Below are positions 10,889 to 24,189 of a DNA stretch of 47,295 nucleotides, one piece after another (positions within the stretch are counted from its first letter, which is position 1; the number at the start of each line of letters is the position of its first letter). Source of the stretch: Ionaspis alba (taxonomy: Eukaryota); the NCBI GenBank assembly GCA_964255285.1, contig CAXUUL010000004.1, positions 62,001 through 109,295 on the forward strand. The letters are read 5' to 3'. The position numbers and the translations under genes are program-made. The notes below the pieces were generated by a model. The model saw only the letters and a program-made list of their open reading frames with translations. It searched no databases and was not told the DNA's origin.

Positions 10889-11682
10889 TTATTTCGTGCG
10901 GATATGCTTTAGCTTTTTCGAAGTATACAAGAAGTTATTCGCATAGGCCTTAGGAAGTATCCTCCTCTCATTGGGTTCCTGAACAAAATATTCATAGCCT
11001 TGTTTCTGAGCGAATTGTATGGCAGCGTCTTTCGACTTGAAATTCAAGTGTGTCCCTTGCATCATGTCTGCTGATGACTGCCAACCCATCAGTGGATTCT
11101 CCCATCGATGGCCCTTTTGTAGAACGTCCCAATCCATTCGCCAATGATGACCATGCCAATCCCCCGATTGTGTAGCTGTCTTGGCGGGTCGATATATCCT
11201 GGACTTGAATCAATGACTGCTTCACCCTGTCTCGCTCTCGCTCTTGTTGGGTAGGTGCGTACCGGACTGTACGTGCTTGCAGTTCTACCGGCGCACCAGA
11301 GAGCACTGCTGCAGCAACCACTTCACCTGGCTCACTGCCGTCCATCACTCGCTTTGGTATTGTGGAGAAGCACCTGATAACATCAGAACGATTCTCGCTG
11401 TGGTACTGGTGGGGAAGCTTACGAGGTGCCATGATCCACAGGGGCATTGTAGTCCGGCTGGTGGTCCACCATAGCTTGTGAGGCATCTTCTTGTCTGATC
11501 ATCGATGAGTCGCCTGACGGTGCAGATGGAGCATCAGACGGATCGGCTTTAGGATCTGGCTGTGCTGATCTATCTGCCATATTTGAGCTCGCCGATCTGG
11601 TAATCATTGGAGATATGTGACGTTGCATAGGTCTGACTGCTGGAAGCAATCTGGCCGCACATTGAACCCTCAGAAAAGACAT
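10889..11682 (-). CDS. NDUFS4: NADH:ubiquinone oxidoreductase 21-kDa subunit (NDUFS4 family), mitochondrial
   Basis: Exons 11423-11682, 11263-11373 and 10889-11198. Presequence-like N-terminus, then LSGAPVELQARTVRIYRPAKTATQSG, RWENPLMGWQSSAD and FKSKDAAIQFAQKQGY. Confidence 0.95.
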
Positions 11683-11939
11683 TTGGCTATTGGAGTAGAG
11701 CTTCTCCCACGCAGAATGGTGGTATAAGCGTAGGATAATGAGGAGTTGTCGTACTGCATGGAGTGTTGCCGCTTCAGCCCTACAGGAAGTTGAGCTTAGC
11801 GGATCTTCGCACGACCTTACACACGACGGCTCTTACAGCTTAGCAACACTGTTCTATCGAGATAGAAGGTGCGCAAGCCTTACCTATACTCGTCCACGGT
11901 GGGGAAACAAACCTCTACCAGCCACTGACAACCTTCGCC
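11683..11939. promoter_or_regulatory. Probable bidirectional promoter for NDUFS4 and ATP17
   Basis: Only 257 bp separate the divergent ATGs. AGCTTAGC occurs twice (about 11793 and 11837). Confidence 0.6.
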
Positions 11940-12586
11940 ATGAGTTTCATCGTACGCAGAAGTCTCTCGACCCTGATTCCTCCAAAGGTCAGTTCCATGT
12001 CTTGCTCCTCCTCAATTCGGTGCGAAACCTAACATTGGTTGTAGGTAGCTTCGCCATCGGTGAGTCCTCGTGTTTGTATCTACTACCTGTATTTACTACA
12101 ACAATGCTGGTTTGGCTGCCAAGTCGATCACAATACAAAGCACGACGTTAGATAGATTTACCCCTCGGACTTGCGGCTGCCAACGAGAAAAGAGACGAAA
12201 TCGCTGACGTTCGTCAATAGGGCATTGGAGCTGCTCAAGATGCAGCTCGTATGCAGCGGGTAGTTAGCTTCTATGAAAAGCTTCCGAGAGGTCCTGCTCC
12301 GGATGTGAAGCCCTCTGGCTTGCTAGGAAGATATCAAGCACGATACTTTGGCAAGAACCCTTCGGCTGCTCGTGAGTCTACCACTCTTTAGTGCATACAA
12401 ATCTCTCTATTATATGCTCGGAGTCATTGACATTGTGTCTTAGCAATCGTCCACGCAATTGTGTTTTTTATTGGCCTTGGCTATGCTAACAATTACTACT
12501 TCCATTTGCGTAAGTTGATACGTCTTTTCTCCCTCAGGAAGCCATACTAAGCAGCTACAGGTCATCACAAGAACAATGCCCACTGA
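11940..12586 (+). CDS. ATP17: Mitochondrial ATP synthase subunit f
   Basis: Not in the ORF track. Five exons: 11940-11987, 12045-12059, 12221-12371, 12444-12509, 12561-12586. They give [48 protein letters not shown]...YQARYFGKNPSAAP...YYFHLRHHKNNAH. Confidence 0.95.
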
Positions 12587-13557
12587 GTGTTGTCTTTGAA
12601 GGAGGGTTGTGCCTTTGCATATATGTACATAATCATCAAAGCAGTCTGGCATTAGTGCTCGTGAGCTCATATTCACGGAGAAGGCGCTTGCGACCAATCA
12701 ATCTCGTATTCTCTTGAGCATTTCCAACACCACAAAATCGGCCTACACTTTAGGTTTCTATGCCTTCTGCTGATGTGGGTGTGCTATTCGTGGTGTTCGT
12801 CCGCCAGCGTGGAATTCCTTCTCGATACGATTTATCGTAATATCGTCTCACGTTTCTCTGGGCCATGGAGACAATGGAAGATCGTTTATTGTGATTCTCC
12901 GCACGTCTATCGAGAGTTGTACGTTTGAACTGTAAAAGTCGATTGTGTAAATTAGTTCAGTTACCAAAGAGTAGTGCAGATCAGCCAGATGTTCACTTCA
13001 GAGGAGTGGTATTGGGAAGATCTCTAGGACATCAAACGTCACAGATGGCTGAGAAGGTTGAGATTCGCGTCTATTGAAAGTCGCGAAGATAGCTGCTGCG
13101 AATGACTAACACCTCCTCGCTTTTCCGATATCATCTGTGCCAAGCCCTAGAATGCGCCTAACCTTATTGGATCATGGGTAGAGCCTAGCTCCGTGAATCG
13201 ACAGCATCAACCTCAACTTCTCCATCCGCCCTGCAATTCGAAAGAGCGATCTCATCGACCACCCAAGGAAGGTGTCGTTCGAGTACTTCAAACCTCTCCT
13301 CTCCTCTTCCATCCTGGGACTCTCCATCTAATCCTCGTCCGGCTCAGATCGAGTATCGTCATCTCTGAAGCCTCTATCTCCCTTTAACGGTAGAAGCTCA
13401 CTGTGGCAAGCATAACCTGAGCATAGGTATTATCTCTCTATACGTGTCGACTATTGCCCAGCTCTTACGGAATTCTTTTACATGACCCTTTTGATCGAGA
13501 GAAATTTTGACTCTAACGTATTGTCCATTCGCTGATGGAACAGACCCGAGAATTGTT

Positions 13558-16500
13558 ATGGCAGAGCAGAGTTTCCACGATGTGGTAATACAAGCACAGT
13601 CGGTTGACGAGCCTTCGTCTACCGACGTTTCTGCTACTCCTTCCACCGATCCAACCGCGCGTGCGGCTTCCGATAAAAGCAGCAATCCCAGCAACAACAC
13701 CGCCAAGACAACTTCGAACTCTACGACTCCAGATAAACCTGCTGAGACAGATCAGGTACGAGCGCTTTCGTCCGAGAATCAAGATCTAAAAAGAAAAGCT
13801 GGTTCAAAATGTACTCTGGGATTTCTGGCGACGATATGCTGACTTGATGCCTGAATTTATCTAGAATCTCGATCTTGCGTCTCTCACAAATGGCATTGTT
13901 TTGGGAGACCCGGAAGGTGGGGATACCGAATCTGCCGAGGAGCTATCTGCGAAAGAAGCCGCCATTGTCGATGGAAGCGTTGGTTCCGATACGGATACAA
14001 GCAAACTCGATACTCTCGAAGTCTCGACGAAAGGACTTGGGGATGGCCAGGAGCAGATACGACCGTATGCCGTCAAGAAATCGACAACGTTTAAGCCTGT
14101 CTCGATCACGAAGAATTTTTTGGCCAAGGCTGGAACTGCATCAACTCCACCCTCTCAGTCTGGGAGCGAAAAAGGTATCTTGCACGACATGTAGGGTAGG
14201 ATATCTAAGACGATCAGGCTAACCATGGCTAGCTAATGGGATAAGCAACGCTTTATCCGGCAACAATCTTCAATCAGCACTGCGGCCTCGACTCGTGGCC
14301 AAATCTGGAAGTGGCCATCGTAACTCCGTTCCAAAAGCATTGAGTATGGGCCATGCCGGCAAAGGAGGACCGGACCCTAGTCAAGTGTGGAATAAAAACA
14401 GAGGTTGGCACACTGACGTCTCTGTCTGGAGCTCCACTGAACTTTGTAGTATCTACACCTCAAGCGACACCTAAACATCTAACAGACGAGGAACTACGGC
14501 AGCAATATGGAATACAGCTCGCTTCTCGACCACAAGAGGATGGTGATGGCAAAGAAGCTAAGTGGGCTGACATCGACGACGACGAGGATGACTGGGCTCC
14601 CGAAACGATTGAATGGAACGACGGTACAAAGATCAACCTCTCACAAGTCGATCATACTGCTGCACTCGCAGAGGAACAAGCTGCTGCTGCTGCCGCCGCC
14701 GCGGCCGCCAAGGAGAAGGAAGCAGAAGCTACCAGAGCGAAGCTCTCTATCACAAAACCCACGAGCAGCATTGGTCCGAACGCGACTGTTTTAAAGCTTG
14801 GTTCTGCATCGCAACCCAGGTCGGCTGGCTTGGTCTCGAAGGGATCCACGGAAAAGCCGACACTAGTTGCTAAACCATCTTCCTCTAACACAGTGAAATC
14901 ACCCTGGGCGTCGTTACCACCAGTTGACAAAGTCTCACCAATTCCAATCAACCCGCCATCACAACTTCTAACCTCTCGATTCGGGCAGAGAGACATTCAT
15001 GGATTTGACGCAATGCCACCTGCACCAACTCATGCAAAAGAAATTGCAGCCGATGATTTCTCTCGTTCAGCTCGGGAAACGCCAAACGGGACGCCGCGAG
15101 AACTGTTCAACTCTCAGTCTGGACGTTATGAGCCTGTCAACGAAACTCGTCGGGGTTCCTCGGTAAGGAAAGATCAGAATTTCAGAGCTCCGTCACTATT
15201 ACAACGGCCCTCTCAAAATGATCAGCATGGGCCTGCCGAACCGTCAGCAGCATTTCAGACAAGCCGATCTGGTCAAGGGGAATCGGGCATGTGGAACCGT
15301 CGACGAGCCTCATCCACTGTCAGTGGTGATAGTGGGAACTTCGGTAGAAGAATGTCCGTCACTAAGGGCTTCGATATTCCACGCGTTTCTGGAGACGTGC
15401 ACCACCAACGTTACGATACACAACACGATCCTTCAAGACTAGCTCAGAGGGGTCCCTCTCCAGCGCAGTCTCACGGGCAATCAGTCACGTCACAGTCGCC
15501 CACGATATCAATCTCTCAACAGATAGGAACCAACGAATATGCCATTGCATCCCCGCAGCAGGGTCACGCTCAGCTTGTGACGCCTACAGGTCTGAACACA
15601 GCATTAGTCGATAGTTCGCAAGATCCTGTAGCCGTTCAGAAGAAGCTGATGCGTGAGAAGCGAGAGGCAGCTATCAAGCGCAAGAAAGAGGAAGAAGCCA
15701 AGGAGGAAGCCGAGAAAAAGGAAAGAATTCGATTGAAGATGGAGAAATTAGGTTTGGTGGATAGGAAAATGGGGAAAAAGGAGGCTGCGGAGGAGGCTGT
15801 AGCTTCACCAACGGTGCTGGTGAAGCCTCAGCAATCCGATCCACAACATACATCTTCTCGATCACCTCCCAGACCACCTATTCCAAATGTTTCGGGGGAA
15901 CCGCAACAATATGGCATGATGAAGGTCCATGCTCCACAACCCAGCAGCGCCCAAGCACCAAAGAGCGTGACGACTGATAAGAAGACGAGCGACATTCCTA
16001 AACTAGATGAAAGCGCACTAGCCTCGGCTAGTCAACCACAGATTAGTCCGCCAGCTGCTCTCGTTTCACCACCACTGAATGGCAATGCCGTGCCCAAGAC
16101 CGAGGAAGGCAAGATCGTTCAGTCCCCAGAGCTAGACCATGCGGAGGCTATGATTGACCCTCGACAACAGAGCTGGAAAAGTCTTCCTCATGGACAACAC
16201 GGTTATTCTACCTGGAATAGCAACGGAATGACTACACACTCATCACCCGGTGGCAACTTGTGGGGACCTCCCCCAAATTACAGGGCTCTCGGCAATGGAG
16301 ACTTCCAACACAGCGTGCAAAGGCCACAGTCGCGTCAAATGCCCTACCAACCCCAGTTATCTCCACCACAACAGCAGCCAATTGGTCCTCCACGCCACGC
16401 TCAACAGATCCGAAGCATGCAGGTTTCTGGTATACCAATAGAGCCAACCACACGTTCTATCGTAGAAGATTCGCAGACCGTTCCGGCATTCCCACCGCCT

Positions 16501-17967
16501 GAACCACTAGTACCTCCAGTCAAGACCCAAGCACAGTCTCAGTACATGGCTGACCGTGTTCCATTTGCAAATCAAGTTCCTCCACCAGCTCCAGTTATGT
16601 CTGCCGTTCCCACACAACGGACCCCACAACCGAGTGAGCCCCAAAGAACAGGCTTATCGGCATGGACAAATTTTGGCGCTACCACTGCCAAGCTGGACGC
16701 GGAGAGGAATGAGAGAGCGATTAAGGAACATGCAGCTCGACTTGCTGAGGAGCAGCAGACTGGCGTCAGGCAAGAGATCCAGCTCCCTCCCATGAATGAG
16801 ACATGGCGTCAAGTGAAGACCAGTGACGCGACAGGGCAGCGCCAGGTCGTTGGTGCTTTGAAGACACAGAACAAGCTGCAGCCCTTACCTCAAGCTCGAC
16901 AAATCATAGGCGATACTCCTAGCGAAGTCCTCTCAAAACCAGCAGCGATTGCCTCTGGCGTTCCTCAAGTTCGTTCACGGTATCAAGATATATTCGAACA
17001 GAACCAGCGTGCTGTTAGTCTGCCATTAACATTCAGCCGCCCGGCATCTCCTTCGCAACCACCACCAGACTCATTAGATCATCCTGCCTACACCGCTACT
17101 GGTCAGCGTCCTTTAGTCAACTTGCCATTCTCAAAGCCTAAATCTGTGGTACCGAAACCGACTGTTCGATTACCTCCGTCAGTTACAATTCCAAATCAAC
17201 TCCCAGTCACTCAGGATGTTCGTGCGCCATCTCTCCGCACCGTGTCACAGCCTCTGGCGACCACTGCTTCATGGCAGGACCGATTCAAGGGCTTGTTTGA
17301 GCGCAAGCAGTCCCCTGAGAAGAAGTTCGCTGATGTCGTTACCTTTTCGAGTTCCAAAGTTCCGTTGGAGCTGGCTTCAGTTGCCAACTCTGCTGCTGTC
17401 ACCCTACCACCCCAAGATGATGCAGCCGGCCTGGTCAACGCCAACAGAGCAGAGGAAGCTGTAAAGAACGTTGAAGATGAAGATGCACTCTTCGAGGAGC
17501 GCGACTTTGGCTCTGTACCTACAATTCGTCTCCCGGCAAAAGCTCCAGTCTCGATCTGGAATCCCGCTAAGCCGCCGAATGCCTACCGTGGCCGTTTCAA
17601 GATTCTGTCGGAGCTCGATGTTCTCAGCGTCTTAGCCATGCTTCCCAGCACGGAAGATACCCCACGCTCCACTGGCTTCCCTGTTACTGTCCGTATTGGC
17701 AGCATGCATACACCGAAGATCAAGATGATACCACGAGCAGTAGGGTATGGTGCGTTGAAGCCAACACAGGCCAACACTACCAAAGGGAAACCTCGCCACG
17801 GTCCAAAACATAGAGACAATCCTGCACCTCACAAGTCTCCAAAGCTGCCGCAGAATGGGGGCACGAGACCTGCGATGCAACCCGGTTCAAGCCCGCAAAC
17901 GAGACCGAAGACGAATCACAACAATAATACCATGAGTTGGGCACGACGAGCATCGGGAGCCATGTGA
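13558..17967 (+). CDS. Large conserved low-complexity P/Q/S-rich protein with coiled coil (possibly PRRC2/BAT2-like)
   Basis: Exons about 13558-13755, 13865-14174, 14233-14403 and 14450-17967. Structured islands FKPVSITKNFL, VWNKNR, KWADIDDDEDDWAPETIEW and PWASLPPV, plus a charged coil. The family link is inference. Confidence 0.8.
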
Positions 17968-18519
17968 AATGCACATAACGGCTTCTGTTCACTGGAATCT
18001 GTTAAGCATACTTGTCTATGCGTGGCGCTGTATTCTTGCCATACGAGCTGTAAAGTGCTACCCGGATGGGGAATAAGACTCTGAGAGGACAGAGGCTTAG
18101 CACCGACTCAAATACAATATACATTCTGTATTTTGCTTCCTGGAGAAGTCGCTGGAAAAGCACATCAGGGACTATACGGTCTGTCACAGCATCTAATTAG
18201 ATGTGAGCTGTTAGTAGCTTACCAAGATACTGCATTGTAATTTAACATTCAAACTTTGTCCATCCATGATCTATTAGAGAAGAAATAGAGATGCCTCATG
18301 CTCGAATGGAGCTCAGATGAACAATCCATGACCTATGAAACAGTATCTCTATGAACACAAGTATCGTAACCGAGACCCACGCAATGAACACCGTGCTGTA
18401 TCACACTGAAAACGCTGATTGCAGTGTAAGATGTTCCCCGACACATAGTCAAGAATTGAAAGCAGATGCTGGTATCCCACTACACATTACAAGATCCCTA
18501 GGCCCATAACATGGGAAAA

Positions 18520-19378
<859 letters not shown>

Positions 19379-19703
19379 GGTTTGTAGAATGAAGATTGGT
19401 ATCAGCGACGAATTCTAAGTGAAGTTTTGTACAGAGAAATTGTTTGAACAGGGACTATTAGAAGTTGTAGAATGTGCAACGGCTTTGTTGTTCGAGAGTT
19501 GGCGTTGGACCTGGATCTGGAACTGGACCAGGTTCGGGGCCGTCGAGGCCGCCTCAGTTGCGGGTTGTGCCAAGGATCGGGGGTAGTCCGCCGCTTTTCC
19601 ACATGCGCCGCACAAAATTGTCGATTTCTTCACACAGCAGTTTTGATATAGCACTCGAAACGGGACGGTAACAGGAATACACCTACCAGAGGTATACTCC
19701 ACG

Positions 19704-21099
19704 ATGGTATCGTCAAAGGAGGCACCTCAGCAATACAAGCAGACGTCGAGGAAAGGCAAGAAAGCCTGGCGCAAAAATGTCGATGTGACGGACTTTCAGG
19801 AGGGCCTGGAGACCGCACGTGAGGAAGTGATTAAAGGGTTGGTCGACCTTCTACACATACCAAGGCCTTCTGTCGTGATGACCAGAATAGGGGTATTATT
19901 GCGGAAAAGCCATCAGAAGCTCTGTTCACCCTCGACACAACCGGTTCCGAGGCAATTCAGAAATCCTACAACAGAATACACAAGCCTCTCAGGGCCGATC
20001 AGATCCTAGCTCAGCGCTCAGCTGTACCAAGCCTTGATACACGGAAACGACCTGGGACCACCGATGGTGTCATCGAGCCTAGTAGCAAAAAGTGCAAGAC
20101 GAATGGAGTCAGTCTCAAAGAGTACGAACGATTGAAGAATCGTGCATACGGGGGTGAGGTTGTCGCGAAAGATATTATCAAGACGGATGAAGTGCCTGAG
20201 CATGATCCTTGGGCTGAGGGCAGTGACGAGAAGACCGACCCAAGGTTTTCGTATCTGGAGAAGAGGAAGGCTGTCCGTGCGCCGAAGACCTTGAAAGAAG
20301 CCCCCGTCTCACTCCTTGATGGCGCGAAGTCTATGCCCGCTGTGGCGAAGCCAAAGGCAGGAATCAGCTACAATCCGGTTTTCCAAGATTGGGATGAACT
20401 CTTAACTCAGGAGGGTCAAAAGGAGGTGGCGGCGGAGAAGAAGCGTTTTCAAATTAGAATCGCTGAGGAGGAACGATTGGCGAAGATAGCTGCAGCTCAA
20501 AATGAGCGTGACGACGTTCAAACAGAGGATGAAACTGCGTGGGAGGGCATTGAGAGCGAGTATGAGGGTGCGGAGTGGTTGACCAAACGTCGTCCAGAGA
20601 GAAAGACACCAGCAGAGAGGAACAAAGTCAAGAGGCGTAAGGCTGCTGAAAGGCAAGCGAAGCACGATGCGGAGATCAAGAGGGCCGCCCGACAAGCATT
20701 GGAGATCAAGGATATCGCTCAACAGGTCGAAGCGCAGGCTGCTGCGAAAGCGATGGTAATTGCCCATGAAGTATCATCCTCAGAGAGTGAGATCGACGAT
20801 CGAGCTATCCGCCGGCGGAAGTTTGGAAAGACATCGTACGTGTTGCTGTAGATTTGTTTGAGCGGTTTGCTAATGACCACAACAGACTACCGGAACGAGC
20901 CTTGGAGCTGGTACTCCCTGACGAGCTACAGGAATCATTACGACTGCTTAAGCCAGAGGGTAATCTCCTAAAGGACAGGTTTCGGAATATTCTAGTGAGA
21001 GGTAAGGTGGAAACGAGGAAGCCGATACAACAACCCAAGAAGAAAAAGAGGACTTTTACGGAGAAGTGGACGTACAAGGACTTCACGGTATCCGCATAG
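19704..21099 (+). CDS. NOP53: 60S ribosome biogenesis protein Nop53
   Basis: QTSRKGKKAWRKNVD, LFTLDTTG (arch-interacting-motif-like), GISYNP, LELVLPDELQESLRLLKPEGNLLKDRF and EKWTYKDF. Two introns. Confidence 0.93.
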
Positions 21100-21349
21100 G
21101 AATTTCCATAGACTTAGCATCACATGGAGAGCTGGTCTGAAATCGAGACCGACCCCATTCCTTACTACGAAGTATTCTCCCACGTCTCCCTAAATCCCCC
21201 TCAATACCGTCTTGGCAAACACCCCACTAGCTCGTAGAATTCTCCGCCCTCGTGTAGCCCGACCATCGCGTTCATCGTATCCCACCCTCTGCGCAACCTC
21301 AACCTAATCATCATGATGCGCTGACAATCATTCCCTCAATCTTATCACT

Positions 21350-22330
21350 ATGGAGCTCAAAAATCTCTCCAGCAACTGGAAAAAACTCAAGCAATCCCTC
21401 CAGGAAGACCAACCAGTCAAGCCGTCGAAGCGAAAAGCCAGTGAAGAAATCCACCCTCTCCAACCTGCCAGATCCAAAAGACACAAGACCACTCCTAGCG
21501 TGCCCAGATCTCCTCACGACTCAAGGCCAATGGGCTTCGTAACCTCCAAACCTGCCTCCTCCTCCTCTCTCAAAATTTGGGCCGCCGAGAACGACATTCC
21601 ACGATCCTCCCTCGCACAAGCCTACAGCTCCTCCTCCGCCTCAGCCTCAATTTTCGCATTGCACCACCCGACCGACATCCTAAATACAGGTCTTTCTCCC
21701 AACGTCCCAGCCGGCAAGTACATAGCTCTCGACTGCGAGATGGTCGGCGTGGGACCCAATCCGAACGACGAGTCCGCGCTCGCCCGGGTCTCGATAGTCA
21801 ATTATCACGGCGAGCAAGTCTACGACTCCTTCGTGCTGCCCAAAGAAGGAGTGACGGACTACCGGACCGCTGTCTCGGGGATCACGCCTGCACTCCTTCG
21901 GGAAGCCCGCACTTTCGAAGAGGTGCAGCGGGACGTCGCGGCTTTGATGGACGGACGGATCGTCGTGGGACATGCGGTGCGGAATGATCTTGATGCGCTC
22001 ATGTTGGGGCATCCGAAGAGGGATTTGCGGGATACGAGCCGGTACAAGCCATATCGGAAGCTGGCTGCGGGCAGGACGCCGGGATTAAAGAAACTGGCGG
22101 AGAAAGTGCTCGGGGTGCAGGTGCAGGGAGGCCAACATAGTAGTGTTGAAGATGCGAGGGTGACAATGGGGTTGTATCGGAAGGAGAAGGCGGGATTTGA
22201 AGAGGAGCATGTGAGAAAATGGGGGTTTGGGAGGAAAGTGGAGGGGAAAGGGGTGCCAAGTGGTGCTGGACGGGATGAGGAGGGGGGCCGAGGGAAGGCA
22301 AAGAGGAGGAAGAAAAAAGTGAAGAAGTGA
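21350..22330 (+). CDS. REX4: RNA exonuclease 4 (DEDDh)
   Basis: LSSNWKKL N-terminus, YIALDCEMVGVG, LARVSIVNY, VGHAVRNDL, RDTS, QGGQHSSVEDARVTM. Single exon. Confidence 0.93.
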   Translation: MELKNLSSNWKKLKQSLQEDQPVKPSKRKASEEIHPLQPARSKRHKTTPSVPRSPHDSRPMGFVTSKPASSSSLKIWAAENDIPRSSLAQAYSSSSASASIFALHHPTDILNTGLSPNVPAGKYIALDCEMVGVGPNPNDESALARVSIVNYHGEQVYDSFVLPKEGVTDYRTAVSGITPALLREARTFEEVQRDVAALMDGRIVVGHAVRNDLDALMLGHPKRDLRDTSRYKPYRKLAAGRTPGLKKLAEKVLGVQVQGGQHSSVEDARVTMGLYRKEKAGFEEEHVRKWGFGRKVEGKGVPSGAGRDEEGGRGKAKRRKKKVKK

Positions 22331-22643
22331 ATGTGGGAGAGGATTGGGACATCGAATTATACTGTATCAGGAGGATCGCCGGGCCTCGAGGCTCTTTCAA
22401 AACGAGAGGAAAGGGGTCACACTCCGACGAACTGCACAAGGATCTATTCCTTGCTAGCTTTGGGAAGTCGTGGAAGGGCCAGTTGAAAGTGCACGCAAGC
22501 AATAATTCAGCTATCAACATCGATCTATGGAAAGGAAGCAGCTCTTAAGCTCGGCGTCGTCCGCCTGCACATTCCCACGCCACAAACACCGCTCTACCAG
22601 CAACACTTCGTTGGCATATCTACAGGAAACACATATGAGACCA

Positions 22644-24189
22644 TCACAAGGGAATCTCCTCTAGCATTTCCGTGGCACCTTCACGCCCAACGGTCAGGAT
22701 CACATCGCCAAGGGTCTTGGTATTGAAACCCGCTTCGCAATAGGTGAAATAATACTACAAAGCCATCAGTGTATGTGCATTGTTTGATGAGCGAGCTACC
22801 TACTCCCCATTTCCTTCGGAACAGCTCAACGTCCTTCTCCGTCATTCCCTGGTGTTCGTCCAGGAGAGCGGGTCGTATCCTGGTGTTGAAATTCCGTTCG
22901 AACTGCTCTCGCCATATCCGCAACGTCTTGGCATAGTGACCGCCGATATTCAAGAGTCCATCGACAATCAATGTTCCTTTTGATCCTCTCTCAATGCTCC
23001 CAATCAGCTGGCTCACAGTTGGAAGGTGCCCGCCGGGGAAGATGTACTTTCGGATGAAGTCCTCGCCTTTCGAGTACGCCTCATACCTGGTCTCGGGCAT
23101 TGTGATGCACTGGAAGACGGCTATTCCACCTTCTGGCTTCAGCAACCGATCCACACATTCGAAGTACTTGTCTAGATATTCTCGCCCCACAGCCTCCAAC
23201 ATCTCGATGCTGACGACCTTGTCATACAAACCCTCTCTTGGTGTGGGCAACGCGCGGTAGTCACACAGCAATACCTCGACGTTGTCGGTATATCCCGCTT
23301 CCGCAATTCGTTGCTCCGCAAGCTCTTTCTGCTCTCGACTCAGCGTCAAGCTTGTGACTCTGCAACCTGTTTTCCTGACGGCTGCAATAGCAAAACTTCC
23401 CCAGCCTGTGCCAATCTCAAGGACGTGATCGGAAGGTTTTAGGCGCGCATAGCTGATGAAGTGCTGAAGTTTCGTCGCTTGTGCCTCTTCCAAGGTTTCG
23501 AATGCGGACTTCTCGTCTGTCTTGGGTAACCAGATAGGGCAGGAGTATGTCATGTCTTGGGAGAGGAAAGCTGCGAACATGGCATTGCTGATGTCGTAGT
23601 GAGCGGAGACGTTGAGCTGGGAATTTGCAAGGGTGTTGGTGCTTCGCGCGAGACTGGTGACAGTGGATGCAAGTGAGGAGAAGAGGGTGGTTGCATTTGA
23701 GAGCTGTGAGCGATTGAGGATGAAGATCTGAGCTCATCAGCAGACGTTTCCAACTGATCTTCGAGTCTCAATCAAAAAGGCACCATACTCTGAAAAAGGC
23801 GACGAGGTCCGGACAGGCGACCTCTCCGAGCATGTAGCTCTCCGCGAAACCCTACTCGGTCTTCTCAGTCGTCTGGATCGTTCTACCTACCAGATGCCCA
23901 CAACAGGCAGACCTTATCTCACCATATCGGCAAACAGCAGCAAGCGTACCCAGAAGGCTTCTTTGTACACCTTCAATTCCGTCCTTGGCGATCCGTCTTT
24001 CGGCTTTGAGTTGCCGCAGATGGTGACCGAACCATTGACATCTGTCACTACTATTTGCCCCACCTCCACGCGGCGCAGAAGTGAAAGCACGGTGCTGCGA
24101 GAAAAGTTCACCAATGGGCCCCAAGTGAGCGAGCCTGTGTAACTGCGCACGGCATCTATGGTGCCAGTGATCGCGGAGGTGATAGCCAT
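22644..24189 (-). CDS. Cyclopropane-fatty-acyl-phospholipid synthase family SAM methyltransferase
   Basis: NVSAHYDISNAMFAAFLSQDMTYSC, VLEIGTGWGS, VSIEMLEAVG, FIRKYIFPGG, HYAKTLRIW and YYFTYCEAGF. Three introns. Confidence 0.92.

Noticed and set aside
14507..17992. Many overlapping and antisense ORFs in the ORF track, here and over other genes
   Set aside because: They are shadows of real coding sequence with no independent motifs.
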